Shown piece after piece: positions 35,257-44,987 of a stretch of DNA of 64,000 nt (position 1 is the stretch's first letter; the number at the start of each line of letters is the position of its first letter). The notes beneath the pieces were generated by a model that was given only the letters and a program-made list of their open reading frames with translations, was not told the DNA's origin and did no database searches. The DNA is from an uncultured Nitrososphaerota archaeon (GTDB lineage: Archaea > Thermoproteota > Nitrososphaeria > Nitrososphaerales > Gagatemarchaeaceae): the NCBI GenBank assembly GCA_963838925.1, contig CAWISW010000003.1:192001-256000 (forward strand). The letters run 5' to 3'. A program made the position numbers and the translations under genes.

Positions 35257-36345
35257 TCAACTCGTGAACTCTGTGAGGGAGCGCTGGTCCATCATCTCCT
35301 GGAGCCCGCTGAGGCGCACTCCAACCCGGCGAAGGTCTCCGGGCTCGCGGAGCAGCAGGGCCAACAGCTCCCTGACCTCTCTTTCGAGGACGGAATAGTC
35401 GTTCGCAGGGGTCTCGAGGGTCTTGCTCCTTGTGTGGAGGGAGAGGTCCTTGAATATCCCGATGGCAGAGACGTTCCTGAAGAAGAGGCTCTTTGAGGTT
35501 AGCTTCTCGTGCACGTCCCTCAAGGCGGGAAGGAGCGCGCTGACGATTTGGTCGAGGTCACGCGTGTCCTGCTTCAATGTGATTATCCTGCTCAGCTGAG
35601 AGATTCCTCCCCTGTCGACGACAGGTTCGTCGTCGACCCCGTTTGAGGCGTTGTGGAGGTAGACCGCCAGCTTCTTGCCGAGCAGGTCCTCGAGCCTCTG
35701 GATGGGGACGCTCGCCAACTCCGGGACGGTCTTCACTCCGTTCTCGTCGAGGAGTTTTGCGATCTTCGGCCCGACCCCGTAGATCCTTTCGACGGTTAGC
35801 GGGGCAAGGAAGGCGAGAGTCCTCTCAGGGGTCACCACCGTCAACCCGTTCGGCTTGTTGAAGTCTGACGCGATCTTCGCGACCACCTTGTTGGGGCCCA
35901 TCCCTATCGAGCAGGTGAGCTTCTCTTCCCTGAATATTCTGTCCTTCATCCGGAGCGCGAGGTCCGAAGCGGCGTCATAGTCTCCCCGCGTCCTCTTAGT
36001 GATGTCGAAGAACGCCTCGTCTATTCCGGCCTGCTCTACCACATCGACCTCCGCCCTCAGGATTTCCATCACGCGGTCAGAGTACACCTCGTATTTTCCG
36101 TGGTCCATGCGGATGAGGGTGGCCTGGACTCCGTCTAGGCGGCGCTTGGCGAGGGCTATCGGCATCCCGGACTTGACCCCGTACTCCCTCGCCTTGTAGT
36201 TCGAGGTGCTCACGACGCCGCTATCCTCAGTCCGTCCCGAGAAGACGCAGACCAAGACGGGGGTGTCCTTCAGCGATGGCGCCTCCACTTCCTCCACCTG
36301 GGCGTAGAAGTAATCTAGGTCGAGGTGACCGACTATTCGGCTCAA
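35257..36345 (-). CDS. dinB: Y-family DNA polymerase IV (DinB/Dpo4)
   Basis: HLDLDYFYAQVE, NYKAREYGVKSGMP, IDEAF, AKIASDFNKPNG. Confidence 0.96.
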   Translation of the reverse strand: MSRIVGHLDLDYFYAQVEEVEAPSLKDTPVLVCVFSGRTEDSGVVSTSNYKAREYGVKSGMPIALAKRRLDGVQATLIRMDHGKYEVYSDRVMEILRAEVDVVEQAGIDEAFFDITKRTRGDYDAASDLALRMKDRIFREEKLTCSIGMGPNKVVAKIASDFNKPNGLTVVTPERTLAFLAPLTVERIYGVGPKIAKLLDENGVKTVPELASVPIQRLEDLLGKKLAVYLHNASNGVDDEPVVDRGGISQLSRIITLKQDTRDLDQIVSALLPALRDVHEKLTSKSLFFRNVSAIGIFKDLSLHTRSKTLETPANDYSVLEREVRELLALLLREPGDLRRVGVRLSGLQEMMDQRSLTEFTS

Positions 36346-36425
36346 AACGGGAATGTTGCAGTTCGGTCTGCCGCGATTTAATAGCCTTTAGTGGCCTTTC
36401 GGCAAAGGGGATTCAGAGGATGATA

Positions 36426-36779
36426 TCAGAATCTAATGACGCCCTGGTCGCATTCGTCTGAAAGGCCCGAGGAGATTGTTGTCGTGCCTGAGGAAATTGT
36501 GGTGGTAGTTTCTGGGGATAACGAATGGCAGCCCCAGGGACGATAGACAAATTGATAATGTCCGTCAACATTTGTCGCCCCGATCCCGATAAGAGAGTAC
36601 GTGACCGAAACCGACGGCGCCTTCAGACCGAAAGCAGCGGGCGGGCAACTTCCTCCGTTTGGGGTGTCACAAACAGCCGTCCAATCCGGGAGAACTGGAA
36701 TGAATGTCAAAATCGCCGCTGCAGTCACGATGGTCGCAATCGCGATGGCAACAATCGCGAGGCGCTTTGACAGCAGCAT
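36426..36779 (-). CDS. Small membrane-anchored Cys-loop protein
   Basis: TM then FIPV..C..C..SVTYSLIGIG; same pattern as 10978-11193. Confidence 0.65.
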   Translation of the reverse strand: MLLSKRLAIVAIAIATIVTAAAILTFIPVLPDWTAVCDTPNGGSCPPAAFGLKAPSVSVTYSLIGIGATNVDGHYQFVYRPWGCHSLSPETTTTISSGTTTISSGLSDECDQGVIRF

Positions 36780-36920
36780 ACAACACCACCACCAACCCAG
36801 CCCCGATATTTACCACTCTCTGGTCTTGCATAATGGCTCCATTGAGCACACGCCACGCAACACGCTCTCAAATCACCGACATGCACATGCTTACCAAAGA
36901 AGCTACGAAGGGAAATGACG

Positions 36921-37075
36921 TGGTGGGGTCGCCCGGATTTGAACCGGGGGTCTCAAGCGTTCTCGAACGCGCCGTGTTAGGGACGTTCCCGAGGCATCTT
37001 CTCTGATGATTTGAAGCCTAGACCAGACTAGCCCCAAGTTGAATCGAGTTCAACGTTGGCCTAGCCGACGACCCC
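36921..37075 (-). tRNA. tRNA-Pro(CGG) with three introns (15/16: 37028-37060; 29/30: 36996-37010; 37/38: 36960-36987)
   Basis: 76-nt cloverleaf plus CCA after removal; each intron is bounded by a BHB-type motif. Confidence 0.85.
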
Positions 37076-37197
37076 GCACCGATTGATGCCCCCGGGTGTC
37101 TCGCTTTATATCCTATCTCAGGCTTGTTCTGCTTCTCGCCCCACTTTGCATTTTCCGTTGGTTGATTAGCAATAGAGCGATTCTTTCGCGTGCGAGT

Positions 37198-37740
37198 CTA
37201 AGGTGTAAAGACTCCCGCGAAGGGGAGACAGCCTGCTGGAGTAACCAGATAGATGCGTCCAGAAAAAGTCTGACCGGCCACAGGAGGGTTGACTTCTAGT
37301 CCACCGGTGAACGCGTCGGAGGGGAAGGTCGCCGTCAGGGTAGCGTTACCCGAATAATTCTGGAGGTAGTTTGATGGGACACCTGTGCAGCTCGTGGCTT
37401 CATCAACGATGCCGTGATTCTGCGTTCCATAATCAACGTAGACGCACTGGTTTCCGTCCTTGATTGTGATTGGCCCGCCGGTGGGTGAAGAGATATTGAT
37501 GATGAGGAACGTACAAGTCTTGTTGGTGACACTGCATTGAGAATACACTCCGTCGGTAGGAGAGACATCTACGGTGGTCATGCTGGGTGGAAATATCGTC
37601 GTCGTCGAGACCGTCGTAGAGGTGACGGTCTTCTCGGGGACACCGGTGGTAAAGACGATAAGGAACGCCAATACTAATCCCACTATTATCCCAGCAACCA
37701 GCACCCCGATGCGGGCACCACCAGCTTCACCCACTTTCAA
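37198..37740 (-). CDS. Membrane-anchored T-rich surface protein with Cys residues
   Basis: TM, T stalk and beta domain ending LPFAGVFTP. Confidence 0.75.
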   Translation of the reverse strand: MKVGEAGGARIGVLVAGIIVGLVLAFLIVFTTGVPEKTVTSTTVSTTTIFPPSMTTVDVSPTDGVYSQCSVTNKTCTFLIINISSPTGGPITIKDGNQCVYVDYGTQNHGIVDEATSCTGVPSNYLQNYSGNATLTATFPSDAFTGGLEVNPPVAGQTFSGRIYLVTPAGCLPFAGVFTP

Positions 37741-37871
37741 ATCAGGTCGTCACGAAGTTGTTAGAAGGTGTCTGAATAGTCTTGCGCGTACCCGTGAAGG
37801 GCTGTTGGAGGGGCAGTGCGAAGAGAACGGCCTCCAGAGCCATTATAAGGAAGAAACCCTGTGCTTGGAGC

Positions 37872-38168
37872 ATGTCCGGAGAGACGAAAACAGTAATCGT
37901 GGGCCAATCCAAACCGCTCCTAAACTACGTCACAGCTTGCATAACCATGTTCAACAGTGGAGCAGACCACGTCGTCCTCAGATCCAGAGGGGAAGCCATC
38001 AACATGGCGGTCGACGTCGTCCAAGTCCTCAAGAAGAGGTTCGTAAGCAAGGTCGAGATCTCGAAGATACAGATTGACGGCGAGAACGTCGTCTCCCGGG
38101 ACGGAAGAAAGCTGAACCTCCCTGTCTTGGAGATTGAGCTCTCGATGCCCAAGCAGAACCCTGCCTAG
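37872..38168 (+). CDS. alba: Chromatin protein Alba
   Basis: VIVGQSKPLLNYV..LRSRGEAINMAVDV..LEIEL. Confidence 0.92.
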   Translation: MSGETKTVIVGQSKPLLNYVTACITMFNSGADHVVLRSRGEAINMAVDVVQVLKKRFVSKVEISKIQIDGENVVSRDGRKLNLPVLEIELSMPKQNPA

Positions 38169-38208
38169 GCCAGCCTCTCTTCGACGTCTGGAACTCTTGG
38201 GAGACACA

Positions 38209-39555
38209 TTGCCATCTAAGAAGCGGATAAGGTTCGTGAAGGGCGCCGTTCCAGGCCCGAAGGCAAGGGCTGTGATCAGGAGGACCTTGAAGGTGATATC
38301 GCCCTCGATTTCGAGGGACGACCCGTTAGTGGTCGAGTCGGCCCATGGCTCGGTCGTGACGGACGTCGACGGAAACAGGTTCATCGACTTTTCCTCGGGC
38401 ATAGCGGTGCTGAGCACCGGCTCGACCCACCCGAAGGTGGTAGAGGCAGCCAAGAGGCAGCTCGACAAGTTCATCCATTTCTCATACACAGACTTCTACT
38501 ACGAGAACCTCGTGACGCTCGCAGTGGAACTCTCGAAGCTCGCGCCCGGCAAGGGAGACAAGAAGGTCTACTGGGGAAACAGCGGAGCCGAGGCGAACGA
38601 GGCTGCCATGAAGCTCGCGAGGAACTACACCAAGAGGCCCTTGTTCCTGGCTCATTCAGGAGGGTTCCACGGCAGGACGATGGGCGCGCTGAGCCTTACC
38701 GGCAGCAAGCCGATTCAAAGGAAGGGATCGTTCCCCATGGTACCGGAGGTGGTGCATTTCCCGTTCCCGTATTGCTACCGCTGCCCGTGGAAGCAGACCT
38801 TCCCCGAGTGCGACTATTACTGCGTCGATTACTTCAAGGAGCAGTACTTGGAAAAGTTCGTCCCTGTCGAGGACGTGGCCGCATACTTCTTCGAGCCTTT
38901 CCAAGGCGAGGGAGGATACGTGGTGCCCCCTCCGGAGTACTTCAGGAAGATGAGCTTCCTGCGGAAGGAAGGCGTCCTGTTCGTGGCCGACGAGGTGCAG
39001 ACCGGGATTGGGAGGTCGGGCAAGTTCTTCGCCGTCGAGCACTTCCGCCTCGAGCCCGACATCATCAGCGTGGCCAAGGGCCTAGCGTCGGGGTTTCCGC
39101 TGGGAGGCATAATCGCCTCCTCCGAGATAATGGACTCCTGGGTCCCCGGACAGCACGCCTCCACCTTCGGTGCGAACCCGGTGGCCGTGGAAGCGGCGCT
39201 GGCCACATTGGAGGTAATTAATTCGGAGAAACTAGTGGAGAACGCGTCGAAGATGGGAAGAGTCGCCATGAAGAGGCTGGAGGAGATGAAGGAGCGCTAC
39301 GAGATAGTGGGCGACGTGAGAGGGAAGGGGCTGTTCATCGGGGTCGAGCTCGTAAAGGACAAGAAGAGCAAGGAGCGCGGGGTTCGGGAGGCTCAGGCCG
39401 TCACCAGAGAGTGCTTCAGGGACGGGCTGATCCTAATCACGGCAGGAAGGAACACGCTGCGAGTAATCCCGCCGCTCAATGTCGCAATGGAGGAACTCGA
39501 GGAGGGGCTCGACGTGGTCGAAGGCGCGATAGCCAAAGTGAACTCAGAAGCATGA
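38209..39555 (+). CDS. Class III PLP aminotransferase (4-aminobutyrate/ornithine type); start approximate
   Basis: NSGAEANEAA, FHGRT, EPFQGEGG, DEVQTGIGRSG, AKG. Confidence 0.92.
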   Translation: MPSKKRIRFVKGAVPGPKARAVIRRTLKVISPSISRDDPLVVESAHGSVVTDVDGNRFIDFSSGIAVLSTGSTHPKVVEAAKRQLDKFIHFSYTDFYYENLVTLAVELSKLAPGKGDKKVYWGNSGAEANEAAMKLARNYTKRPLFLAHSGGFHGRTMGALSLTGSKPIQRKGSFPMVPEVVHFPFPYCYRCPWKQTFPECDYYCVDYFKEQYLEKFVPVEDVAAYFFEPFQGEGGYVVPPPEYFRKMSFLRKEGVLFVADEVQTGIGRSGKFFAVEHFRLEPDIISVAKGLASGFPLGGIIASSEIMDSWVPGQHASTFGANPVAVEAALATLEVINSEKLVENASKMGRVAMKRLEEMKERYEIVGDVRGKGLFIGVELVKDKKSKERGVREAQAVTRECFRDGLILITAGRNTLRVIPPLNVAMEELEEGLDVVEGAIAKVNSEA

Positions 39556-39573
39556 GGAGGAGAGTGCCCGCAG

Positions 39574-40773
39574 ATGTATGATTTCGACGCCATCGTGGCC
39601 GAAGTCCTTCGGAACAAGCCAGACATTAGCCGAGACGCCTTGATGGAGCTCGTCCAAGAGAAGAAGCGCACCGTCGGTTCGGGCTACCTCACGGACCAGG
39701 GGGCGCTGTTCCTGATCGCTGGAGAACTGGGGGTCAGGCTGCAGCACATGATCACGGCCGACCTGACGCTCAAGGACCTCCACATAGGCGCCAACGACAT
39801 CACCGTCGTGGCCAGGGTGCTGGCAATCTATCCAGTGTCGGAGTTCAAGAAGAAGGACGGGAGCGGCGTCGGCCGGTACAGGCGCGTCAGCCTGTTCGAC
39901 CGCAACGGCATCGGGAGGCTTACGATTTGGGAGGACAACGAGGAGGCAATCAAGCTCTCGGGAGTGGCGATCGACACGCCGGTCAGAGTGGTGAGCGCGT
40001 ACGTCAAGCAGGGCCTCGACGGGAAGCCCAACCTCAACCTCGGCAAGAGGGGGCGGATTGAGGTGATCGCTGACGCCTCCATCTCATCCAAGCTGGCTCA
40101 GCTCTCATCCGTGACCAAGCGCGTCGACCAGATCCAAGAGGGAGAGTCGGTCCTCGCGGTCGAAGGCTTGGCCGTGACTGACAGCAGACGCTCCACATTC
40201 GTCCGGCGAGACGACGGTTCCAACGGCTCGCTCACGCAGTTCGAACTCAAAGGTCCGGACGATAAGACGACCAGGGTGGTTGTCTGGGACGGCACCGACC
40301 TGCCCGAGGTCAAGTCAGGCAGCAAGGTCAGGGTGACCAACCTGAGGCAGAAGAAGGGTCGTCAGGGGGAGCCGGAGCTTCATGGTGACGGTGGGACTGT
40401 GATACAGTTGCTCGACGTTCCCGAGGTCCAGAGGGCCGACGCGGAGGCCTTGCGCTTGCCGCGGCTCGTCAAGGTAGCTGAAGTGTCGAAGCACGTCGCC
40501 ACGGGAGATGTCAACTTGGAGGTGATGGCCCTCTCAAAGGGGAGCGTCAGGGAGGTCAGCCTCAAGGACGGTTCGACGGCCAAGAAGGGGGAGGTGGTTC
40601 TCGGAGACGACACCGGAGAGATCACAACCGTCGCTTGGGACGAGGCCTCGAAGATGATAGCAGAGATTCAGGCGGGAGAGAAGCTGCGGGTGTATAACGT
40701 GACGATACAGGTGTCGAAGATGGGCGTGGAGACCCTCGAGCTTAGGGGCTCCTCCAAAGTAGAGCGACTGTAG
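39574..40773 (+). CDS. rpa: Replication protein A (multi-OB-fold ssDNA-binding protein)
   Basis: N-terminal GYLTDQGALFLIA and three OB folds (e.g. LGDDTGEITTVAWD). Confidence 0.88.
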   Translation: MYDFDAIVAEVLRNKPDISRDALMELVQEKKRTVGSGYLTDQGALFLIAGELGVRLQHMITADLTLKDLHIGANDITVVARVLAIYPVSEFKKKDGSGVGRYRRVSLFDRNGIGRLTIWEDNEEAIKLSGVAIDTPVRVVSAYVKQGLDGKPNLNLGKRGRIEVIADASISSKLAQLSSVTKRVDQIQEGESVLAVEGLAVTDSRRSTFVRRDDGSNGSLTQFELKGPDDKTTRVVVWDGTDLPEVKSGSKVRVTNLRQKKGRQGEPELHGDGGTVIQLLDVPEVQRADAEALRLPRLVKVAEVSKHVATGDVNLEVMALSKGSVREVSLKDGSTAKKGEVVLGDDTGEITTVAWDEASKMIAEIQAGEKLRVYNVTIQVSKMGVETLELRGSSKVERL

Positions 40774-40782
40774 CCGGAAGGC

Positions 40783-40914
40783 TCAGGTCTTCGGCCGACG
40801 GAGGACCTCGTATTCGTATACGAAGACGATGATAAGGCTGATCACGAAAAGCGTGATCATCAGCCCGCTCAGGAAGTTGTAGTAGCTGGTGACATCCAGC
40901 ACCGGAATCTGCAT
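40783..40914 (-). CDS. 43-aa single-TM protein (absent from ORF track)
   Basis: MQIPVLDVTSYYNFLSGLMITLFVISLIIVFVYEYEVLRRPKT*. Confidence 0.55.
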   Translation of the reverse strand: MQIPVLDVTSYYNFLSGLMITLFVISLIIVFVYEYEVLRRPKT

Positions 40915-41059
40915 GTTTCGAAGGTGGCGGGCGATATTCGTCTAGAAAAGCATTCTGGATAGCGGCTTGAATCTAAGGAGGGAAGACTTTCGGAATCGAA
41001 GGAACGGTTCGGGGCCAGGAAAAGGAAAGATTACATACTTACTTTGCTCCGTGGAGGTC

Positions 41060-41210
41060 GCCGGGGTAGCATAGCTTGGCCCATTGCGCCGGCTACGCCC
41101 ATGCGTGGGCGAGACTCATAATCGGCCAAGATGTGAAATCCGGAGAGGATAGAGATATCCCCGAAGGTCGCGGGCTCAAAATGCAAGCCATGAGAATCCC
41201 GCCCCCGGTA
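41060..41210 (+). tRNA. tRNA-Met(CAU), elongator type, with four introns (41093-41113, 41121-41137, 41146-41166, 41181-41196)
   Basis: Removing 21+17+21+16 nt leaves a 76-nt cloverleaf; anticodon 41117-41119. Confidence 0.88.
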
Positions 41211-41327
41211 CTTTTTATGACCGCCCTACCGGAAGGAGGAGCATTTCTCGAAAGCGAGTGAGTCATTATGTCTACGTGAAGATTAAGGCGAATCTGCTGC
41301 GGCGCGAGGACTTGAAAGTGTGCTAGA

Positions 41328-41401
41328 AGCCGCGATCGGGAATTGAACCCGAGACCTTTACCTTACCAAGGTAACGCTCTACCAGACTGAGCTATCGCGG
41401 C
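41328..41401 (-). tRNA. tRNA-Thr(GGU), no intron
   Basis: UUACC-UUGGUAA-GGUAA anticodon arm; canonical cloverleaf. Confidence 0.97.
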
Positions 41402-41514
41402 GCAGGCGCGCCACCTAGCTAACGGGATTTATCTATTCTGACGGTCAAGACGAGGTTTGTTGTAGATGTAGAGCCCGAAAGCTTAGTTATCGGCCCGGTT
41501 GATTCTCTAGACAG

Positions 41515-41907
41515 ATGGTCAAGTTCACCGCGAAAGAGGAGGCTTTCCTAAGGTCGAACGACGTGTGCCGCCTCGCTACGGCTTCCAAGGAGGGAAGACC
41601 CCAGGTCACACCGGTGATGTACGCGCTGGACGGCACCGCCTTTGTCATCGCCGTCGACTACGGCACGAAGAAGCTCAAGAACGTGAAGGAGAACCCGAAC
41701 GTGGGACTGGTTGTGGACAGGCTGCGCCCAACCAGAGCGGTGACCGTGGAAGGTATTTGCGAGGTGTTCGAGAGGGGCGCGGAGTACCGGCGGCTGCTTG
41801 AGCTCTTGATGATTAGGTTCGAGTTCTACAGGAAGAAGCCTTGGGGAGAGGGAGAGTCTCCGATCTTCCGAGTGACCCCCACGAAGTCGGTGAGCTGGGG
41901 CCTTTGA
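41515..41907 (+). CDS. Pyridoxamine 5'-phosphate oxidase-like (PPOX/F420) protein
   Basis: RLATASKEGRPQVTPV..KLKNVKENPNVGLVVD. Confidence 0.88.
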   Translation: MVKFTAKEEAFLRSNDVCRLATASKEGRPQVTPVMYALDGTAFVIAVDYGTKKLKNVKENPNVGLVVDRLRPTRAVTVEGICEVFERGAEYRRLLELLMIRFEFYRKKPWGEGESPIFRVTPTKSVSWGL

Positions 41908-41980
41908 AGGGCACCAGATGCTTGAGGGTTGGCTTCGATTAGATTCTTTAAGTCGTTGTTTGCGACCCGGTTGGTTCTGC

Positions 41981-42068
41981 GCGGGAGTCGCCCAGCCTGG
42001 TCAACGGCGCGAGGCTCAGGACCTCGTCTCTTAGGGGTTCGTGGGTTCGAATCCCACCTCCCGCACCA
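41981..42068 (+). tRNA. tRNA-Leu(CAG), no intron
   Basis: CGAGG-CUCAGGA-CCUCG, long variable arm, CCA. Confidence 0.97.
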
Positions 42069-42158
42069 TTCCATTTGGTCAGCGATAGCAGTACGAAGTC
42101 GGGCATTCAACTTGCGAACAACCCCTAAAATATCCGGACGCCCAATAAACGATGAGAT

Positions 42159-42351
42159 ATGAGGCGGGCGATTCCCATAGTCGTCGGAGTGATACTTCTG
42201 CTCATCGGGATTGGATGGGGCATCTCAAGGAGCCGGAATAATGGGCGGCAGCAGCTTGATGGACAACAACACCGCGTTCATCTACTTGGGAGCATTTCTA
42301 GCACTCGTAGGGATTGTGCTTGTGACGTTCGGCGCGACGAAGAAGACCTAG
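42159..42351 (+). pseudogene. Small two-TM membrane protein with frameshift in a G run (~42217-42220)
   Basis: MRRAIPIVVGVILLLIGIGW then shifted ASQGAGIMGGSSLMDNNTAFIYLGAFLALVGIVLVTFG. Confidence 0.65.
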
Positions 42352-42366
42352 GACGCCTGTCGCGGC

Positions 42367-43230
42367 CTAGTTGAACTCTTTCCTTTCGAAGAGGACCAGT
42401 CCCAAGATTGCGGTGACTATGAAATAGGCGCCGATTATGGCGAGGCCTTCAGGAATCGTGACGCTGAAAGTCGTGAAGGTGGGGGCAGCGGCGCCGCCGC
42501 GACCGAACACACCCGCGGCTTTGCTGACGTGTGGAGGATAGGGCGAATCGAGCACGTTGCCAATTATTTCGGAGCCGTATGTCAGGATGAACCACGGCTC
42601 TATCTGGGCGAGAGCGGCCACGAGGGTCTCGATGAGCGTGAACGCGAAGAGGAAGAGGATGGCCGTCACCAAGATCGAATAGGACGTGCTCTTGAATACG
42701 GAGCTGAAGAAGAACGTAAAGCCGAGGACAGCAACGAGGTAGAACCACGCGAACAGGAACGACTCGCCGAACTGCCATGGGATGTTCAGCCCAAAGTAGT
42801 AGGTTTCGTTCGCGACGGTTATCGCTGTGAAGATGAAGAGGACTATCGAGGACGCTATGAACGCGGAGAGCCACTTTCCGATGTACACGCTCGACCTGCG
42901 AATGGGATTCGGTATGGTGAAGTATCCGGTCTTGTTCTGGAACTCGCCGGAGATGGCGTCGCCGCCGAAGAAGATCCCAGATAGGATTACAACGAATGTC
43001 GCCGACATCCCCCACCACCCTGAGTAGAACGCGAGCGGGCTGCTGAGGAAGCTTGGCGGCCTGTAGTGAGCCACGACGACGGTGAGGATTGCGCTGATGA
43101 GGAGCATGATGCCGAGGAGTATCGCAAACCTTCGGGACCTGAAATAATCCAAGAAGGTATACCGCATGGTGATTCTCACCTGGGCTATGCTGTTGGGGAC
43201 CTTGTTCCCGGGGGGGCTAGATTGCGCCAT
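42367..43230 (-). CDS. ABC-2 type transporter permease
   Basis: Multi-TM; GGDAISGEFQNKTGY..PIRRSSVYIGKW. Confidence 0.9.
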   Translation of the reverse strand: MAQSSPPGNKVPNSIAQVRITMRYTFLDYFRSRRFAILLGIMLLISAILTVVVAHYRPPSFLSSPLAFYSGWWGMSATFVVILSGIFFGGDAISGEFQNKTGYFTIPNPIRRSSVYIGKWLSAFIASSIVLFIFTAITVANETYYFGLNIPWQFGESFLFAWFYLVAVLGFTFFFSSVFKSTSYSILVTAILFLFAFTLIETLVAALAQIEPWFILTYGSEIIGNVLDSPYPPHVSKAAGVFGRGGAAAPTFTTFSVTIPEGLAIIGAYFIVTAILGLVLFERKEFN

Positions 43231-43236
43231 AGTTTC

Positions 43237-44184
43237 TCACAGAGTGTCCTTAATCAGATTGAGGTATGATTCCTCGAGCGCAGAGGAGGTGGGCGTGAAG
43301 CTAGCTACCCCGATGTTGATTCCGACGAGTTCGGCGAGAATCTTCTCCTGCACGTCAAGGCCACCGCTGCAATGAATCCTAAGCCGCTTGTCGTCTAACT
43401 TCTCTACGGAGGCCACGCCAGGGAGTTTGGCCACCGACCCTTCAATCACCCCGGCTTGCAGCGGGCGCGTGAGCCCTACATCGACTATGTTCTCTCCGCC
43501 AGAGAACTTCGCCGTGACGTTGTGGAGCGTGTCGTACACCAGCAATTTTCCGTGGTCTATCATTGCGACCTCGTCACAGACGTCAGCGACTTCGCTCAGG
43601 ATGTGAGAGCTCATGAAGATGAGCCGGTCCTTGTTCTTCAAGGACTTCACTATGCCTCTGACCTCGCTCATCCCTCTCGGGTCCAGGCCTGTAGTGGGCT
43701 CGTCCAGCAGCACTATCTTCGGGTCGTTCAGCAGCGCAGAGGCGACGTCGATTCTCTGCTTCATCCCTTTCGAGAACTTTCCAACCCTCTTGTCAATCCA
43801 GTCCAGCATTTGTACCTCCGCGACGACGTCTTCTATCAGCTTTCTTCGCTCCGCGTGCGGGACCCCCCGCAGCTCGGCTACCATCCCTAGGGCCTCTCGC
43901 GGGGTCAGGGACGGGTATATCTCGGGGGTCTCGATTACTGTGCCCACTGACGCCAGGGCGGCCTTCTTGTGCGTGTGGACATTGAACCCATTGATTAGCG
44001 CCTCGCCAGAAGAGGCCCGAATGAGGTCAGTGAAGATCTTGAGCGTGGTCGTCTTGCCTGCACCGTTCGGGCCTAGGAATCCCACGCACTTGGAACCCTC
44101 AATCTTCAGGTTGAGGTTTGACAAGGCTGTGAACGAGCCGTATGTCTTGGAGAGGTTCACTGCCTCGATTGAGGGATTCGTCAA
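43237..44184 (-). CDS. ABC transporter ATP-binding protein
   Basis: GPNGAGKTT, FSKGMKQR, LLDEPT. Confidence 0.95.
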   Translation of the reverse strand: MTNPSIEAVNLSKTYGSFTALSNLNLKIEGSKCVGFLGPNGAGKTTTLKIFTDLIRASSGEALINGFNVHTHKKAALASVGTVIETPEIYPSLTPREALGMVAELRGVPHAERRKLIEDVVAEVQMLDWIDKRVGKFSKGMKQRIDVASALLNDPKIVLLDEPTTGLDPRGMSEVRGIVKSLKNKDRLIFMSSHILSEVADVCDEVAMIDHGKLLVYDTLHNVTAKFSGGENIVDVGLTRPLQAGVIEGSVAKLPGVASVEKLDDKRLRIHCSGGLDVQEKILAELVGINIGVASFTPTSSALEESYLNLIKDTL

Positions 44185-44207
44185 GACATCATGACCCCGA
44201 TTATACC

Positions 44208-44981
44208 CTAGCTAACTACCTTTCTGAACAGGTAGAGAGTTATGCCAATCGTCACGACGGCTATCCCCGCGATGAATGCCAGAGCGCTGAGCTCCGCGGT
44301 CAAAGAGAAGAAGCCCGGAATAGAAAGGTCTCTGACCGCGTTGACGGCGTAGCTTATCGGGTTGATTCTCGAGACGTCCTGCATCCATGGCGGCATGAAG
44401 CCCAAGGGGACCAGCGCGGTGCTCATGAAGAGCAGGGGGAAGGTCATGAAGGCTCCTATCCCGAACACCGTCTCCGCGCTCTTCGTCCTCAGGCCAAGCG
44501 CGAGCGAGATGCCCGACCACGCGAGCCCAAAGAAGGCGATGATGAACAAGATGAGCAGAACGCCTAGGATTCCCGAAGCCAGCCTGAATCCCAGTATGTA
44601 CGCGAGCGCGAGTATGATGACCGACTGCACTGTCACTCGGAACGCGTCGGTAGCCAGCCTCCCGAGCAGTATGGCGGGCCGACTCACCTGGGTGACTAGC
44701 ATCTTCTGCAGGAATCCTGAGTTGAGGTCCTCGACGATGGAGGTTCCCGATTGTAGCGCGCTGCTGAATGCGTTCTGCATCAGTATCCCGGCGGATGCGT
44801 ACTCGAGATAGCTAACGCCGGGAGGGAAACCCGGGAGCAGGTTGAGTGAGTGGAACAGTTGCGTGAAGAGGACTAGGAAAATAATTGGTTGGAATAGGGA
44901 GAAGAATATGAGAATGGGGTTGCGGATGAGCTTCTTCAGCGCTCTGACGAAGAGGTTTCTCGTGTCGAAGAGGATTGTCAT
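44208..44981 (-). CDS. ABC-2 permease (DrrB-like)
   Basis: Six TM; INPISYAVNAVR. Confidence 0.9.
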   Translation of the reverse strand: MTILFDTRNLFVRALKKLIRNPILIFFSLFQPIIFLVLFTQLFHSLNLLPGFPPGVSYLEYASAGILMQNAFSSALQSGTSIVEDLNSGFLQKMLVTQVSRPAILLGRLATDAFRVTVQSVIILALAYILGFRLASGILGVLLILFIIAFFGLAWSGISLALGLRTKSAETVFGIGAFMTFPLLFMSTALVPLGFMPPWMQDVSRINPISYAVNAVRDLSIPGFFSLTAELSALAFIAGIAVVTIGITLYLFRKVVS

Positions 44982-44987
44982 TCCCTT

